This document shows, piece by piece, positions 1 to 12,159 of a stretch of 64,000 nucleotides of DNA. A program made the translations under genes and the position numbers. Below the pieces are notes generated by a model. The model ran no database searches. It had not been told where the DNA came from and worked only from the letters and a program-made list of their open reading frames with translations. Origin of the DNA: Narcine bancroftii (taxonomy: Eukaryota); assembly GCF_036971445.1 (NCBI RefSeq), contig NC_091482.1:18786001-18850000 (forward strand). The letters run 5' to 3'. Within the stretch, counting starts at the first letter, position 1. Each line of letters begins with the position of its first letter.

Positions 1-540
1 ATAAAAACTAATATAACACGCGCTTCTTGTGAATGGAGTCGAGAGGGCACTGTACTGGTAGAGTCTCCAGCCTTAAACCCATGAAGGAGGAGTGAAAAGG
101 GTAAAATGGTAAACAAAAGAAATGTGGACACGCTGATCCCGAGCATACAAATTATATATGTCAATAAAGTCAAATGTTCACAAGATGAACTGATCATGAC
201 TTTGGTAATAAATGAAGATTTGGTAATGAATTCTACATCAAGAGCAAATTACAGTGAAAACTTTGAACTTTAAAAAAAACTTTACAACAAACGATGGGGG
301 AATTCTTAAGTATTTTAGTTGGTGGTTACATTTGAAATGTTAAAGGGAAGTATTATTACGGGTATTAATAAAAAGGAAGTTTATACATTACTAAAATGAA
401 ACCACCTGATGCCACAAATTAATAGAATGAGCAACATCTGTAAGGTGCAATGCTCAAGGCAGAAAACTTCTGACATTCAACCAAATTCAGGTTAGTTTTA
501 AAGATTTTCCTTCCTTTTATGTTTTAAAGATAGCACTTAC

Positions 541-636
541 CATCGAGAATAATGGATATCACATAGCAGGGAACAAACAACTCAGGATAATTGAAAACCC
601 ACCAGCTCATTAGCAGGAGGAATATCCTTGCATAAC
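541..636 (-). CDS. Coding exon 2 of a PIS/CDIPT-like CDP-alcohol phosphatidyltransferase gene (continues beyond window start)
   Basis: Minus strand reads ttttactttcag|GT TAT GCA AGG...CTC GAT G|gtaagt. The 96-nt phase-1/phase-1 exon encodes (G)YARIFLLLMSWWVFNYPELFVPCYVISIILD(G). It resembles the PIS segment GYARI...LLD and ends at the first Asp of the CDP-AP motif DxxDGxxAR. Confidence 0.9.
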
Positions 637-1309
637 CTGAAAGTAAAATGGTCTGCATTTAGTTAAAGCAGTGAACTTTGTCATAACTAACTTCTCCCTG
701 CCTCTCCCACATTTTTTTCAGATATTTCAAAATAAATCGATATTACCTGCTCAAGTCTACTTCGAAACACACTCTATTTTAAGGGCATGCCAAGTTACAG
801 AATCACAGAATGGTCTTTTGGACCTAAACCATTTAGCCCCTCTTGTCCATGATAACTCTCTACCAGAGCAATTCACCAGTTGCACACCCTGAATGTTTCT
901 TTAGAGTCCTGGAATTTCTCCTTCACCATACATCTATCCAAGTCCTCTTGAAGACCACAAAAGAAGAGTTCTACAAGACCTGCAAGGAGTGCATTCCAGA
1001 TTCCAACCACCCTTCTGTTAATTTCCTTCATTTTTACACCCATGACCTCCAGTCTTTGATCTTTCACCTAGTGGAAATAGCCTCCCACTCCACTCCACCT
1101 CAATCCCTCATCATTTTATGTAGTCCTATCTAGTCTGCTTTCAATCGTCTCTTCACCAAAGAAAATAGTCTCTGATCCATTGCATGAATGTAGTCATTCT
1201 ACCCAGGAAAAATGTTCATAAATCTCTGAACTCTCTATCTCTCATCGTGACCAGAATTGAACAGAATACGACAACTGAGGAATGACCAGTGTTTTTTAAT
1301 TAAAAGACT

Positions 1310-1440
1310 TGCCACTACATGGATGTGAGGGGGTTGGAGGGTTATGGGCAGGGAGCTAGTGGAGTTTCACTTAAATTGGTGCGGACCAGAAGGGCCAACG
1401 TGGCCTGTTTCCGTACTGCAATTGTTATATGGTTATATGT
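1310..1440 (+). mobile_element. CR1-type LINE 3' end fragment
   Basis: The sequence ggagggttatggg...agggccaacgtggcctgtttccgtactg resembles the CR1 tail at 19320-19430. Confidence 0.55.
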
Positions 1441-1467
1441 TGTATACTTTTTTAAATTTAAAAAGGT

Positions 1468-1660
1468 AACAGGCCACAAGTCTGTGCCCCTCAATTTACA
1501 CCTAATTAACCTATCCCTCCCCCCCGCCCCCGGTAGACTTTAAACAGTGGGAGGAAATTGGAGCCCCCAGGGAAAACCCACACAGACTCTGGGAGAACAT
1601 ACAAACTCCTTACAGACAGCACGTGATTCGAACCCCACTGAAACTGATCACTGCTGCCCA
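1468..1660 (-). mobile_element. V-SINE (HE1-like) tRNA-derived SINE
   Basis: Reverse complement contains ggggttcgaatc (B-box-like) and gctgtctgtaaggagtttgtatgttctccc...gtgggttttccc, the V-SINE core. Confidence 0.7.
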
Positions 1661-2469
1661 TGGTATTACATTCTATGTCCCTACTGATTAAAGTACAAGT
1701 GGCTCAGTAACTGGCTTTCCAACCTGCCCAACCACTTTCAATGACTTGTGCACCCATAGAGCCTCCACCCAACTTGAAGAACAGGATCCTTTAATTTATA
1801 TTGTTTCTCCCAATTCTTTGTACCAAAACACATCAATTTATTCTTAAAATACATCTGCCATGTACCTATTCCACAAGCACCTTTCTATCCTCCAAGTTAT
1901 CAAATCTGCTTCACAGTTCCCAGCTCCTATTACCTTGCTCACAAATTTAGAAATTGTTAGGTCATTAATTTTATACAATAGCAATGTTCTCAGTTTAGAA
2001 GTAGTACAGCCGGGTTGCAGATTAAAAATTCAATTTACCACAACAGAACATACGGATTGTACTGTGTTCCAAGCAATAAGTGCTCTTTGTGTTTTTTTAA
2101 AATTCCTATCACAAACTAAGTGCAGTGAAAGTCATGGGAAGCTATTATTTCCGAAGAATGGCAACCCAGTCGCAATTGCAATATCTGCTATTGATTTGAA
2201 AACAAGGACAGAATTTAAAAATTTAAGGCTGCAGGCACAATTTGTTTCTTGCAATGTGTCCATGAGTGGACAAAATTTTGTTCTGTCCTTGAAATGGAGA
2301 CAGTGCATTCCGACACCAGAATAATGAGAACATAGTGTATATGTTCTTCATGCTTTGCTCACTCCAAATGTACAGTGGACAGCAGTTAACAGAATGTCCA
2401 CAAATTAATGCAAAACTGCTATATTTAAAAAACAGACATATAAAGGAATTAGTTAAAGCGCAGGCAAAA

Positions 2470-3730
2470 CCCAATCAATCCACGGTTGTCAGCACTATTT
2501 GAGAAATATATTGAAGCATATCAGCTCCTGCCTGAGCAGTGACATAGATCCGACCCAATTTGCCAACTGCATCAACAGGTCTACGGCAATGTCATCTCAT
2601 TGGCTCTAAACAAACCCCTGGTCAGCAAAGACGCAAACCTCAGGATGCTCTTTATTGACCAGCATCCCCTCAAAACTCCAAGACCTGGGCCTTAACACCC
2701 CACACTGTACCAAAGGATGCTAGATTTCCTTACCTCCAAACCACAATCAATGAGGACTGATATGAACATCTCCTCCAGCACCAGAGCACCACAAGGTTGC
2801 CTACTTAGCTCCCTGCTCTACTCATTTTACACCCATGACTGTGGGGCTCGGTACAACAACAGCACCATCTATAAATTTACTGACTATTCCACAGAAATGG
2901 GTTGCATGAAAAGGGGTGATGAGTCCGCATACAGGAGGAAGATTTAAAACTTGGCTGAATGGTGTCTTAACAACAACCTCGCACTCAAGGACCTGATTGT
3001 GGACTTCAGGAGGGGAAAACCAGGGGTGTTCGATCCAGTGATCTTTGGGGGGGGGGGGGAATCAAAGGTGGAGAGGGCAAGTAAAATTAAATTCCTGGGT
3101 CACCATCTCAGAGGATTTTCCAGGACCCAACACACTAATGTCATTGTGAAGAAAGCATGTCAACACCTCTACTTCCTCGGTTGTTTGTGGGTGTTTGGCA
3201 ATGACATCAGTAATCTTAGAAGTGTACAACCCAACTGCATCACAGCCTGGTGATGGGGGAACCAATATCTCTGAGTGGAAAGTCCTGAAAGAGGTAGTGG
3301 ACAAAGCCCAATAGATCACAGGCAAAACTTTTCCCAGCATTGAGAAAATCTAAATGGTACGCTGTTGTTGGAGAGCAGCAACATCGATCAAGGATTCACA
3401 TCATCCAGGACTTGTTCTTTTCTCACTGCTACTATCAGGAAAGATGGACAAGCACCTCAAGACTCATACCCAGCAGGTTCAGGAACAGTTGCTCCCCCTC
3501 CACCATCAGACTCCTCAATAACAAACTCAGAATTCATGTAAGGACTCTTTGTACATTATTTATTACTGAATATTTACAGTTTACATTTCTCTTTTGTGTA
3601 CATATCTTTCTGGAGTAGTTTTTTTTTAAACACCACCAAGAAGCAGAAATTCTGCCTGGCCCACTGAATGTTAGTGTTGTATGTGATGTCATGTCATGCA
3701 TGAGCTCTGACAATGAATCTGAACTTTGAA
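2470..3730 (+). mobile_element. Degenerate Rex1/Babar-type LINE (RT fragment and 3' tail)
   Basis: Broken frames encode APQGCLLSSLLYSFYTHDC, IYKFTD, EWCLNNNL..LIVDFRR and KKACQHLYFL. The tail reads tgacaatgaatctgaactttgaa. Confidence 0.8.
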
Positions 3731-4039
3731 TTTGTGCAACCTCAGTCCTCTTTCAATGCAGAAAAGCGCTGAAGAAACAGGTCACACAGCATTCTATGTA
3801 ATAAAGATATGTAAACCAATATTTTGGATCTACCTTCTTTTTGCTCATGACTCAGGCCTGAAATGTTGGCTAAATAGCTTTGCTACATAAAGAACCCTGT
3901 GAGACCTGATGGGTTTCTCCAGTGCTTTTGTGTACTGAACATCTGATCTATGCAAGTTACAAGCATCCACACATACGACAGAAATTTTAAAAAACATCTG
4001 CACATGCACAACATGGCCCTATACTGTACTGAGCCATGT

Positions 4040-4770
4040 GTGCAGTCACCATTCTTTGGCAAGAGGAAAAACATATCCCGTGCTGATAGAACTGCTAAGA
4101 TTCTGAGGGAAACCATAACTTTGGAGGTAAAAATGAAAGCCATTAACCAGCATGACCAAGGAAGAAAGGACAATGATATTGCATGCAGCTCTACATTGGT
4201 CGCATTCCACCGTGTCGATGATTTTAAAGGATGCAGAGAGAATACACAAGGCTGTAAGAGGATCTGTAAGTTTGAAGAGCACAATTTTAGCTAAGCATCG
4301 GTGACGGGCCATTCACATGATGGAGAAGTTATTAATGGTGTGGTTGGAAGGCCTGATACAGAAACGCATGCCACTGAATTAAGGATGATTCAGACAAAGG
4401 CTGGACATCTTTTTGAGGCATTGAAGCAATGAGTGAAAGAGAAGTACATTGGGAACTTCACCACAAGTAATGGCTGGTTTAGTCGATTTAAAAGAAGGTA
4501 CGGGTTGCACAACATACAAGTCTCAGGGGAAGCAGCAAATGCTGATGGCAGTTATCAACCAGAGCACATTTTCAATGTGGATGAAATGGGACTTATTTGG
4601 AAGAGGATGCCGGAAAAAACGTACACCCATTAAAAAAAAATGCTTGCATGATGCCAGAATTTCAAGCATTTAAGGATCAAGTGACCTTGATACTGGGTGG
4701 TAATGTTGCTGGTTTTAAGCTGAAGCCTTTCCTGATTTACTGCTCCAAGAACCCACGTGTATTCAGAAAC
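4040..4770 (+). mobile_element. Tigger/pogo transposase remnant (CENP-B HTH plus DDE)
   Basis: Frameshifted segments ITLEVKMK, MEKLLMVWLE, FTTSNGWFSRFKRRYGL, IFNVDEMGLIWKRMPEKT and KDQVTLILGGNVAGFKLKPFLIY. Confidence 0.85.
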
Positions 4771-5589
4771 CACTCCCCCTCCCCAAGAGTTGAAGCATTT
4801 TCCCAGTCCCCCCATCTTGTTCTGACAGATGACCAAGTAGTGTCCATCTTTTGGGAATCTGAGGGCAGCATTTGGAAGATAATGGCTATCCACTGGAGCT
4901 AATGGATGCTGGCAGTTAGCTTGCCAACACATATGGAAGATTTTTGCAGAGACGGTCTTTGTGGCACTTAACCAGTGTACAAGTATCAGGGGATTACAAC
5001 TGATCCATAAACCATGGGGTTTAGTCAGGGCCTTTAGAGTAGTTGATTAAGGCTGCATTCAGTGGTTAGTGCTGCACCCTGTACTTAATTGGAGTTGACG
5101 CACGGTAAAGATCATGACCACTACCACTTGGGGAGTAGCTCCTTGACCACTGAGAGCGGCCCAAGGAAAATTGGCAATGGCTATGTTGCCAAATATTTAC
5201 AATTGGTGGTACTTCTGTATCACAATTGTTATTTGCCCAAGACTGGATGTTGTTTCGGTCTTCCTGGACGGGTTATCGGTTGATTTTTTTTTTAAATGTG
5301 GTGTTGCCAATGGAATTGAACATTGGAAATATATTGCTGATTGCACAATCAAAGTGATGGAGGATGGAGTTTGAGGTTGGATTAGAGATGTCACCACCAG
5401 ACACATCATCCTTTCTAGACCAGTATTCCAAAGGAGCCATTTATTCTTCCAGTTCCAAAAAATATTTGCTCTCTTCCTATGACACCTTCCTGCCTAATTA
5501 CAAAAGATGTTTCACTGGTCTTTTACTCTTCCCATCTCATGATCCACAGAACAAACTGCTGTACTAGCTGAGACAATGTATACATGCAC

Positions 5590-5850
5590 TACCTCCAATT
5601 TATGACTCCATTTACTGCTGATCACGTGATTGCATTCACATTGGGAAAACCAATGTCATTTGGGTGACTGCTTTGAAGAATACCTCCACTCAGTCCCCAA
5701 ATGAGAGCTTGAACTTCCATTTCTTATTGCTTTGATTCTTCCTCTCAAACCTCTTTGGCCTCCTATATCTTTCCAGTGTAGCGTCACCAACAGAACAGAT
5801 GTCCTCAAGCCCAAGGCCATCTCAAATTTCAGGACTCTGCGGCTTTCCCA
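5590..5850 (+). mobile_element. Old Penelope GIY-YIG remnant
   Basis: The stretch cacattgggaaaacc..tgggtgactgctttgaagaatacctccactcagtc resembles the YIGET..LGDRF.EHL.SV segment at 44688-45221. Confidence 0.45.
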
Positions 5851-6244
5851 AGAACCTCCTTATTTTGGGGTCTCATGTCTATTACTGCACAACAGTGGTT
5901 CACCTGTTTCTTCACAAGCTGGATCTAGGTATGTGCTTTAATTGAAATGGAATGAAAAAATCTGAAGTCTTTGACACTTTTTGCTTTGAGCAAAGCACAT
6001 GGTGAAATTGGAATAAAGCATGCATTAACATCTATTACAGAAACTATGTTGTCCAACTTCTTTAAAATTGCTTAGTCATTATTAGTCAACAACAGCACTG
6101 GAGGAACAAGATTCAGGTCATATTATAAACTGTCAGTAAAATTCTACTATTTCACATTCAAGAGATTTAGAGGTCCCCCCCCTCCCCCCCCACCCTTCTC
6201 ACTTCTGGGAATTATGAGTAAATAATCTGCCTCTCCCTCTAGAC

Positions 6245-6938
6245 CACACATGTCAAACTCAGGCCTGTGGGCCAAATTTGGCCCATGATATAATTATATT
6301 TGGCCCGCAAGATCATATCAAATATGTATTAGAGCTGGCCCGCTGGCCACCACGCCAGTATAGCGCATGCACAGCTAATACTACAAATCCCAGAATGCTT
6401 TGCAAATGTGTTGGCATCAGCCCGCTAATCGCCCTCACCTCCTCTCTTTACTTGCATTAGCATCTGCGACCTGTCGCCTAACTCACATGTAATAAACCCC
6501 TTACCAAAAATGGCCAAACGAAAGACAGAAAACAGGACCTTACAAGACAGGTGGGAGGCAGACTATATGTTCATCATTTTAAAAGACAAACCTGTTTGTC
6601 TTGTGTGTGGAGCCAGCATGTCTGTAGTTTAAGAATATAACATACGACGACACTATGAAATGTATTAAAATACATTTAAAAGGAGCTTAAAGGCTATAGA
6701 GAAATATTATTGATTGAATATTTTATTTCTCATTTGTTAATGCTTCTTCTGGAAAGAGTTTAACCAAAACTATTATTAAACATTTATTTTAATAAGAAAA
6801 AGTTTAACATTACATATGTTGAAAGAAGATAAAACATGCAGATGTTGTTGAAAATTTTCAATAAATATTTAGTTTGGCCCACGACTTAGTCCAAGTTTTT
6901 AATTTTGGCCCTCTGTGAATTTGAGTTTGACACCCCTG
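6245..6938 (+). mobile_element. Internally deleted hAT (SPIN/Charlie-type) DNA transposon
   Basis: TIRs cacacatgtcaaactc / gagtttgacacccctg. 8-bp TSD ctctagac (6237-6244) / ctccagac (6939-6946). From 6510 a zinc-finger N-terminus reads MAKRKTENRTLQDRWEADYMF..KDKPVCLVCG...EYNIRRHYE. Confidence 0.85.
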
Positions 6939-7847
6939 CTCCAGACCCCCTCTACCTTCCAACTTCATCACCATCCATTTTTCTAACAGCTCTGAGGATG
7001 GGCGATTAACCAAAACAGTATTCCATCTGTCCCTCCACAATCCTAGCCTGCTTGTTGGAACATTTTTAATATTTCAGTCTAACTTCACATTTCCAGACTT
7101 TTTGCCTTTACTTCCCCCTGCAAGAAGGCGGGGAGAAGAAATCCCTCCCCCCCCCCCCAACTCCTGAACTCACTTGTCAGGTACAGGGAGGTAAATTTTC
7201 ACGACTTCCTTGCCAACCCAGGCTCGCTGTTGTGGGTGAATCGTATTCCAAAGGGAAATTGATCTGATTGTAATTACAGCCGAGTTTTCGGTTTCGGGTC
7301 GTGTATCCCGTTTTAATTAATTGCAGAATACTCTGTAAACCGGTGTTACCCATCTCAGGCAGTTGGTTACTAAAAAAAAAGATGTTGGAGCACCTATTGT
7401 CCAGAAGAGACTCCGAGCTTTAATCATACATTGTATCCAAGATTAAGGATCACATCTGAAATGTGTATTTCCAATAGTATTTCTCTGACCCCGTGGGTCT
7501 CCAGAACCAAGACCCAAATCTCAGACGCACTTCATCCCTGCGACTGAAAGGACTTTGGGAATCTGAGGGTAGCATTTGGAAGGTCATGGCTCTCCACTGG
7601 AGCTCATGGAGCTCTGACAATGAATCTGAACTTTGAATTTGTGCAACCTCAATCCTCTTTCAGCGCTGGAGAAACAGGTCACACAGCATTCTATGTAATA
7701 AAGATATGTAAACCAATGTACAAGTATCAGGGGATTACATCTGCTCCAGCTGTCCACCCACATCAAGCAATCGCCCTACATAACTCAGGCGCTTTAAGAG
7801 TACAATATCAAACGAGGAATCATGAACCCAAAACAAAATCCCCTTAC

Positions 7848-7911
7848 CTATAAGGTTTGGCACGTAAAGGAAGATCTTCCAATGAATACTGGGGGGGGAG
7901 GGAGCGTTCAT
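7848..7911 (-). CDS. Coding exon 1 of the same CDP-alcohol phosphatidyltransferase gene
   Basis: ATG at 7911 gives MNAPSPPSIHWKIFLYVPNLI+G followed by a gtaagg donor. IFLYVPNLIG matches the PIS N-terminal motif IFLFVPNLIG. The phase-1 end joins in frame to exon 636-541. Confidence 0.9.
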
Positions 7912-8400
7912 ACTGCTTGAAATCCAATTGCTTCAATCGGCTGATGATTTTTGTTCTAGTGCATTTCATTTGGGACTGGTCTTTCGCACGCACGCTGTGC
8001 AAACCACACTCAAGCAGCCCAGAAGGAAATACAAGAGGCCAGCTGGCGGTGGCCGCCTCCCCCGATCGATCTCACCCGCAGGCGTATTTGCAGGGACGGG
8101 GGCTGCGCTCTGGTCCCTGGTTGCCTGTTCCTCTTTGCAGCGAGGCCACGCCTTCTGCCTCGCTGTTCCCCTCCGGAACTGCCAGCGCAAATCTCGGGTG
8201 GCTCGAAGATTCTGCCCGCGCGATTCTTGGTTCTTTTACTTCGCAACGTTAGTTGGAGAAACGTTACATTTTTTTTGTTGCAAACCCAGCGCGAAATCGT
8301 TGGGGGAAAGAACTGCAAGGTCCTTAGCAGGTCGGTTAGAATAAGGCAAGCCAACTGAATAAAGTGTGCTTGCTCCCGGTTCTCCACAGATCCTTCCACC
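7912..8400 (-). promoter_or_regulatory. CpG-rich promoter/5' UTR region of the CDP-AP gene
   Basis: Local rise in GC and CpG content immediately upstream of the ATG exon, in an otherwise CpG-depleted genome. Confidence 0.65.
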
Positions 8401-8429
8401 AACTGCAACCTGTCTTGGACCAGAGAATA

Positions 8430-9206
8430 TCTTTTCTTTGGCTTGGCTTCGCGGACGAAGATTTATGGAGGGGGTAAATGTCCACGTCAGCTGCAGGCTC
8501 GTTTGGGGCTGACAAGTCCGATGCGGGACAGGCAGACACGGTTGCAGGGGAAAATTGGTTAGTTGGGGTTGGGTTTTTCCTCCTTTGCCTTTTGTCAGTG
8601 AGGTGGGCTCTGCGGTCTTCTTCAAAGGAGGTTGCTGCCCGCCGAACTGTGAGGCGCCAAGATGCACGGTTGGAGGCGAGATCAGCCCACTGGCGGTGGT
8701 CAATGTGGCAGGCACCCAGAGATTTCTTTAGGCAGTCCTTGTACCTCTTCTTTGGTGCACCTCTTTCACAGTGGCCAGTGGAGAGCTCGCCATATAACAC
8801 GATCTTGGGAAGACGATGGTCCTCCATTCTGGAGACGTGACCCACCCAGCGCAGCTGGATCTTCAGCAGCGTGGACTCGATGCTGTCGGCCTCTGCCATC
8901 TCGAGTACTTCGACGTTAGGGATGAAGTCGCTCCAATGAATGTTGAGGATGGAGCGGAGACAACGCTGGTGGAAGCGTTCTAGGAGCCGTAGGTGATGCC
9001 GGTAGAGGACCCATGATTCGGAGCCGAACAGGAGTGTGGGTATGACAACGGCTCTGTATACGCTTATCTTTGTGAGGTTTTTCAGTTGGTTGTTTTTCCA
9101 GACTCTTTTGTGTAGTCTTCCAAAGGCGAGTCTGTTGTCTATCTCGTTGTCGATCCTTGCATCTGATGAAATGGTGCAGCTGAGGTAGGTAAACTGGTTG
9201 ACCGTT
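8430..9206 (-). mobile_element. 5'-truncated RTE LINE
   Basis: Highly similar to the 3' end of the 53039-56582 element (QLRWVGHVSRMEDHRLPK; tail cgcgaagccaagccaaaga). Confidence 0.95.
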
Positions 9207-9429
9207 CACACACGAACCGACCTTCGGCCCACCACCTCTGTGCCGACCATGTGGCTCAATTAAATCTTCTGCCCGCCGTCTCAATGAGGATGGCGAGACG
9301 GACTATTTCACTTGACGGATAGTTCAAAGTTTCCAGTTCGAATCTCATCCTTGCAATCGTGAAAGATAATAATCTGGGTTTTTGAGATTTTGTCACCCTT
9401 TCTGCTTCATTACAATTTTAACTAGCTCA

Positions 9430-10154
9430 TGGGAAGTGGCAGACCAGCAGCAATAGAAATTCAGCAAGACCATGAAATTGTTTTAAAACAATATATTTAT
9501 TAATAACTACCAATAAATATAGCACGAGTTCAAATATGCAAATGGACACGTGTGTGTGTGTGTGCTGTGGGCGGGAATACCCAAACCATTACAGCTTAGG
9601 CACTAATCTGAAAAGTCATTCCAAAGATCCGTCTTAGAAACCCTGTGATGAAACACAGACTTTAAACTGAAATCTAGAAGTAATCACGAAGGAGGTGGGA
9701 GAGACTGACTGGCTGCTGAAAACTCACGAATCCTTGTCGAGTTTCTTGCCGAGAAATATCTTTTCAGTCGAACGGTGGTCACAAGTCCCCTTTTCTTTGT
9801 GTATGTGACTTCCACGATGCTTCCACAACCCAGGTACTGGTCAATTGAAATGACCATTACTTTAGTCACGGTGTGGTTCAATAATTCCCCTAACAGGGAG
9901 AATCAGACAAATTGTCCATTTCACACAGAGTCACTTCACCTCAGGGTTCCATGAGATGGCTGGTAGTCAATAATGAATGTTGTTTCCTTCAGTGTTCTCT
10001 CACTGGAGTCTCTCACCACCTGTGTCCCTGGATAAAGCAACAAATGTTCTTTCTCTTCCTCCAGAGTATCAACTTTGGGTATTGCCTGTACTAGTTGTCT
10101 CTCCGCAACTGTGAATGGTTACAGCCAGCACTAGCCCTTAAAGTGATACTCACA
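9430..10154. mobile_element. Probable solo LTR
   Basis: TG...CA termini with near-TSD ctca/ctaa. Shares the cagcagcaatagaaattca.caagac block with the LTR at 40827. Confidence 0.5.
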
Positions 10155-10480
10155 CTAACTTAAACAGGAGCTCGTAATACTAAGACTCGCATTCCTCTGC
10201 CATGTGGCTGACTTTTCAATGTCATCTGAAATGGCCCAACAAGGCACTCAATTTATATCAAAACATAAAGAATAAAAATAGATAGCGTGCCCAGCATTGA
10301 TGAATGGATGTCAGCACCAGATTCAGACACAGCAAAGGAACATACAACCAACCCGGTAAAATCCTTCTGATTATTTGGGGCTTTCAAATCAGGGTATCCG
10401 CCCACAAGCTAAGCCCGTGTTCCTGCTCATAGAATCGTAAGTTTCACCCCTCAAAATCTTTGGATCTATCTTGTTCCTCT

Positions 10481-11907
10481 CAGGCTTGTGCAAAGTTGAT
10501 AAAAGGCCCAGGCCAGATGGGAAATGTAGGCCCCATTTCAAACTGCTCATTAAGTATTTTTGTAATCAGTGCTAAATACATATGATTTATGTATGAGTAT
10601 GTACTTACAACTAACAGAACAGATTAAAACAACTAGAACAATGTATAAAAAAAGTAATGGCAACCAATTTTATTCAATAATAGTACAAAAGGCAAAGGAG
10701 GAAAAACCCAACACCCAACCCCAACCAACCAATTTTCCCCTGCAGCCGCTGCAACCGTGTCTGCCTGTCCCGCATCGGACTTGTCAGCCACAAACGAGCC
10801 TGCAGCTGACGTGGACTTTTACCCCCTCCATCAATCTTCGTCCGCGAAGCCAAGCCAAAGAAGATTCATTCTGTATTTGGAATTTCAGATCAGAATTGGT
10901 CATCACTTCTACACTATCGGAAATGCTTTATGTTCTTTTCTTTTGGAAAATTCATCAATTACACCAAAAAAAATCAATAAACTTTGCCTCATTACTGTTG
11001 ATGTTCAAAATTGCTAATCCATTCAAATGTTCTTCCACCATTGTGGAGTGAAAGTATGATTTAATTTGTTTTAGGACACTGAAGCTCCTCTCATTAGAGA
11101 CCACTGACAGAAGAGTGCACAATGCAATGAAAACATTCGGGGAAACATTGCTCAATCTCAAGTTCAATATTTGACCGTAAATTTTCTTTGGTAACAGCAT
11201 CGAGTTTGAAATTCACATCAAAAATTCTTTTAATAAGAAGCACTTTACTCTAAATGTCATTCGAAACATGACTTGGGTATCGCAGATGAAACTGATTAGC
11301 TTTTTGCAACAACTCATTCTCCTCTAACTGCTAAAGTGGCACAAAAAATATTACTAAGTCCACAAATATCCCTGACTGCAGAAAAGTGACGTGAAAGGCC
11401 ATCGACCACAAAACCAATTATGATGAAGAATACATTTACCCTGGAGTAATTTTCAACATTATTTTGAGTTGGGTACCTGCCGTGAGTAGCAAAACTATCT
11501 GGCACACCAATTTTGATTGCCACATGCCATGCCACTTCAAGTATATCATTCCATTTCTCTCGTTTGAAATGTTCCCTTTCGACATCTAATGTGGCATCAT
11601 GAGATTCTATTACCAAGTTGTCCTCATGGATCATTTAATCCAAATGGCTTACATCAGTACACATTCAAAGGAATCCAAGTAGGCTTCAGTTATCAGCATG
11701 TATTGATCTATGTTTTATCTGTATTAATCTTTCATGAATCTTCTTTAATACATTAATATTTTGTACTAAAGGATCCCCCCTTGACACACTTCACAACATC
11801 AATATTTTTTACCAAGACAAAAGATCCCCCTTTGCTTCTACCAGGGGGAGTCAGTCCCCTCAAAATCTTAGGCCCATGCCAACTGGCTCCCTCTCTGTTC
11901 TGCCCTG
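10481..11907 (-). mobile_element. Degenerate hAT transposon with C-terminal dimerisation domain
   Basis: CAGG...CCTG ends. 8-bp TSD gttcctct (10473-10480) / gttcatct (11908-11915). Minus-strand peptide PNVFIALCTLL..SNERSFSVLKQIKSYFHSTM.EEHLNGLAILNI. Confidence 0.8.
10685..10864 (+). mobile_element. RTE 3' tip nested in the hAT element
   Basis: acaaaaggcaaaggaggaaaaaccc...cgcgaagccaagccaaagaag, nearly identical to the other RTE tails. Confidence 0.9.
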
Positions 11908-12159
11908 GTTCATCTGAAGTATCAGCTAGGAGAAATAGCAATTCTGGAATAAATCTCATGGTATCATGTTAAACAGAGGTAAGGAAACCCTCTGATTAAT
12001 ACCTCTTGGTCTCCCTCCGCTGGTGAATCAGTGGTCCTGCATGTTAAATAGTGTGAAATGAAAGTCTGCAGAAGCTCTGATTATAGTAAAAACATACCAA
12101 AATTCCGGAGGAAGTTAGCCAGTCTTGCAGTCCATAGGGGGTCCATAGGGGGTACTGAT

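Noticed and set aside
7857-8408. Several 130-aa ORFs in the CpG island
   Set aside because: GC-rich promoter DNA is poor in stop codons; no recognisable domain. The real exon is 7848-7911 on the minus strand.
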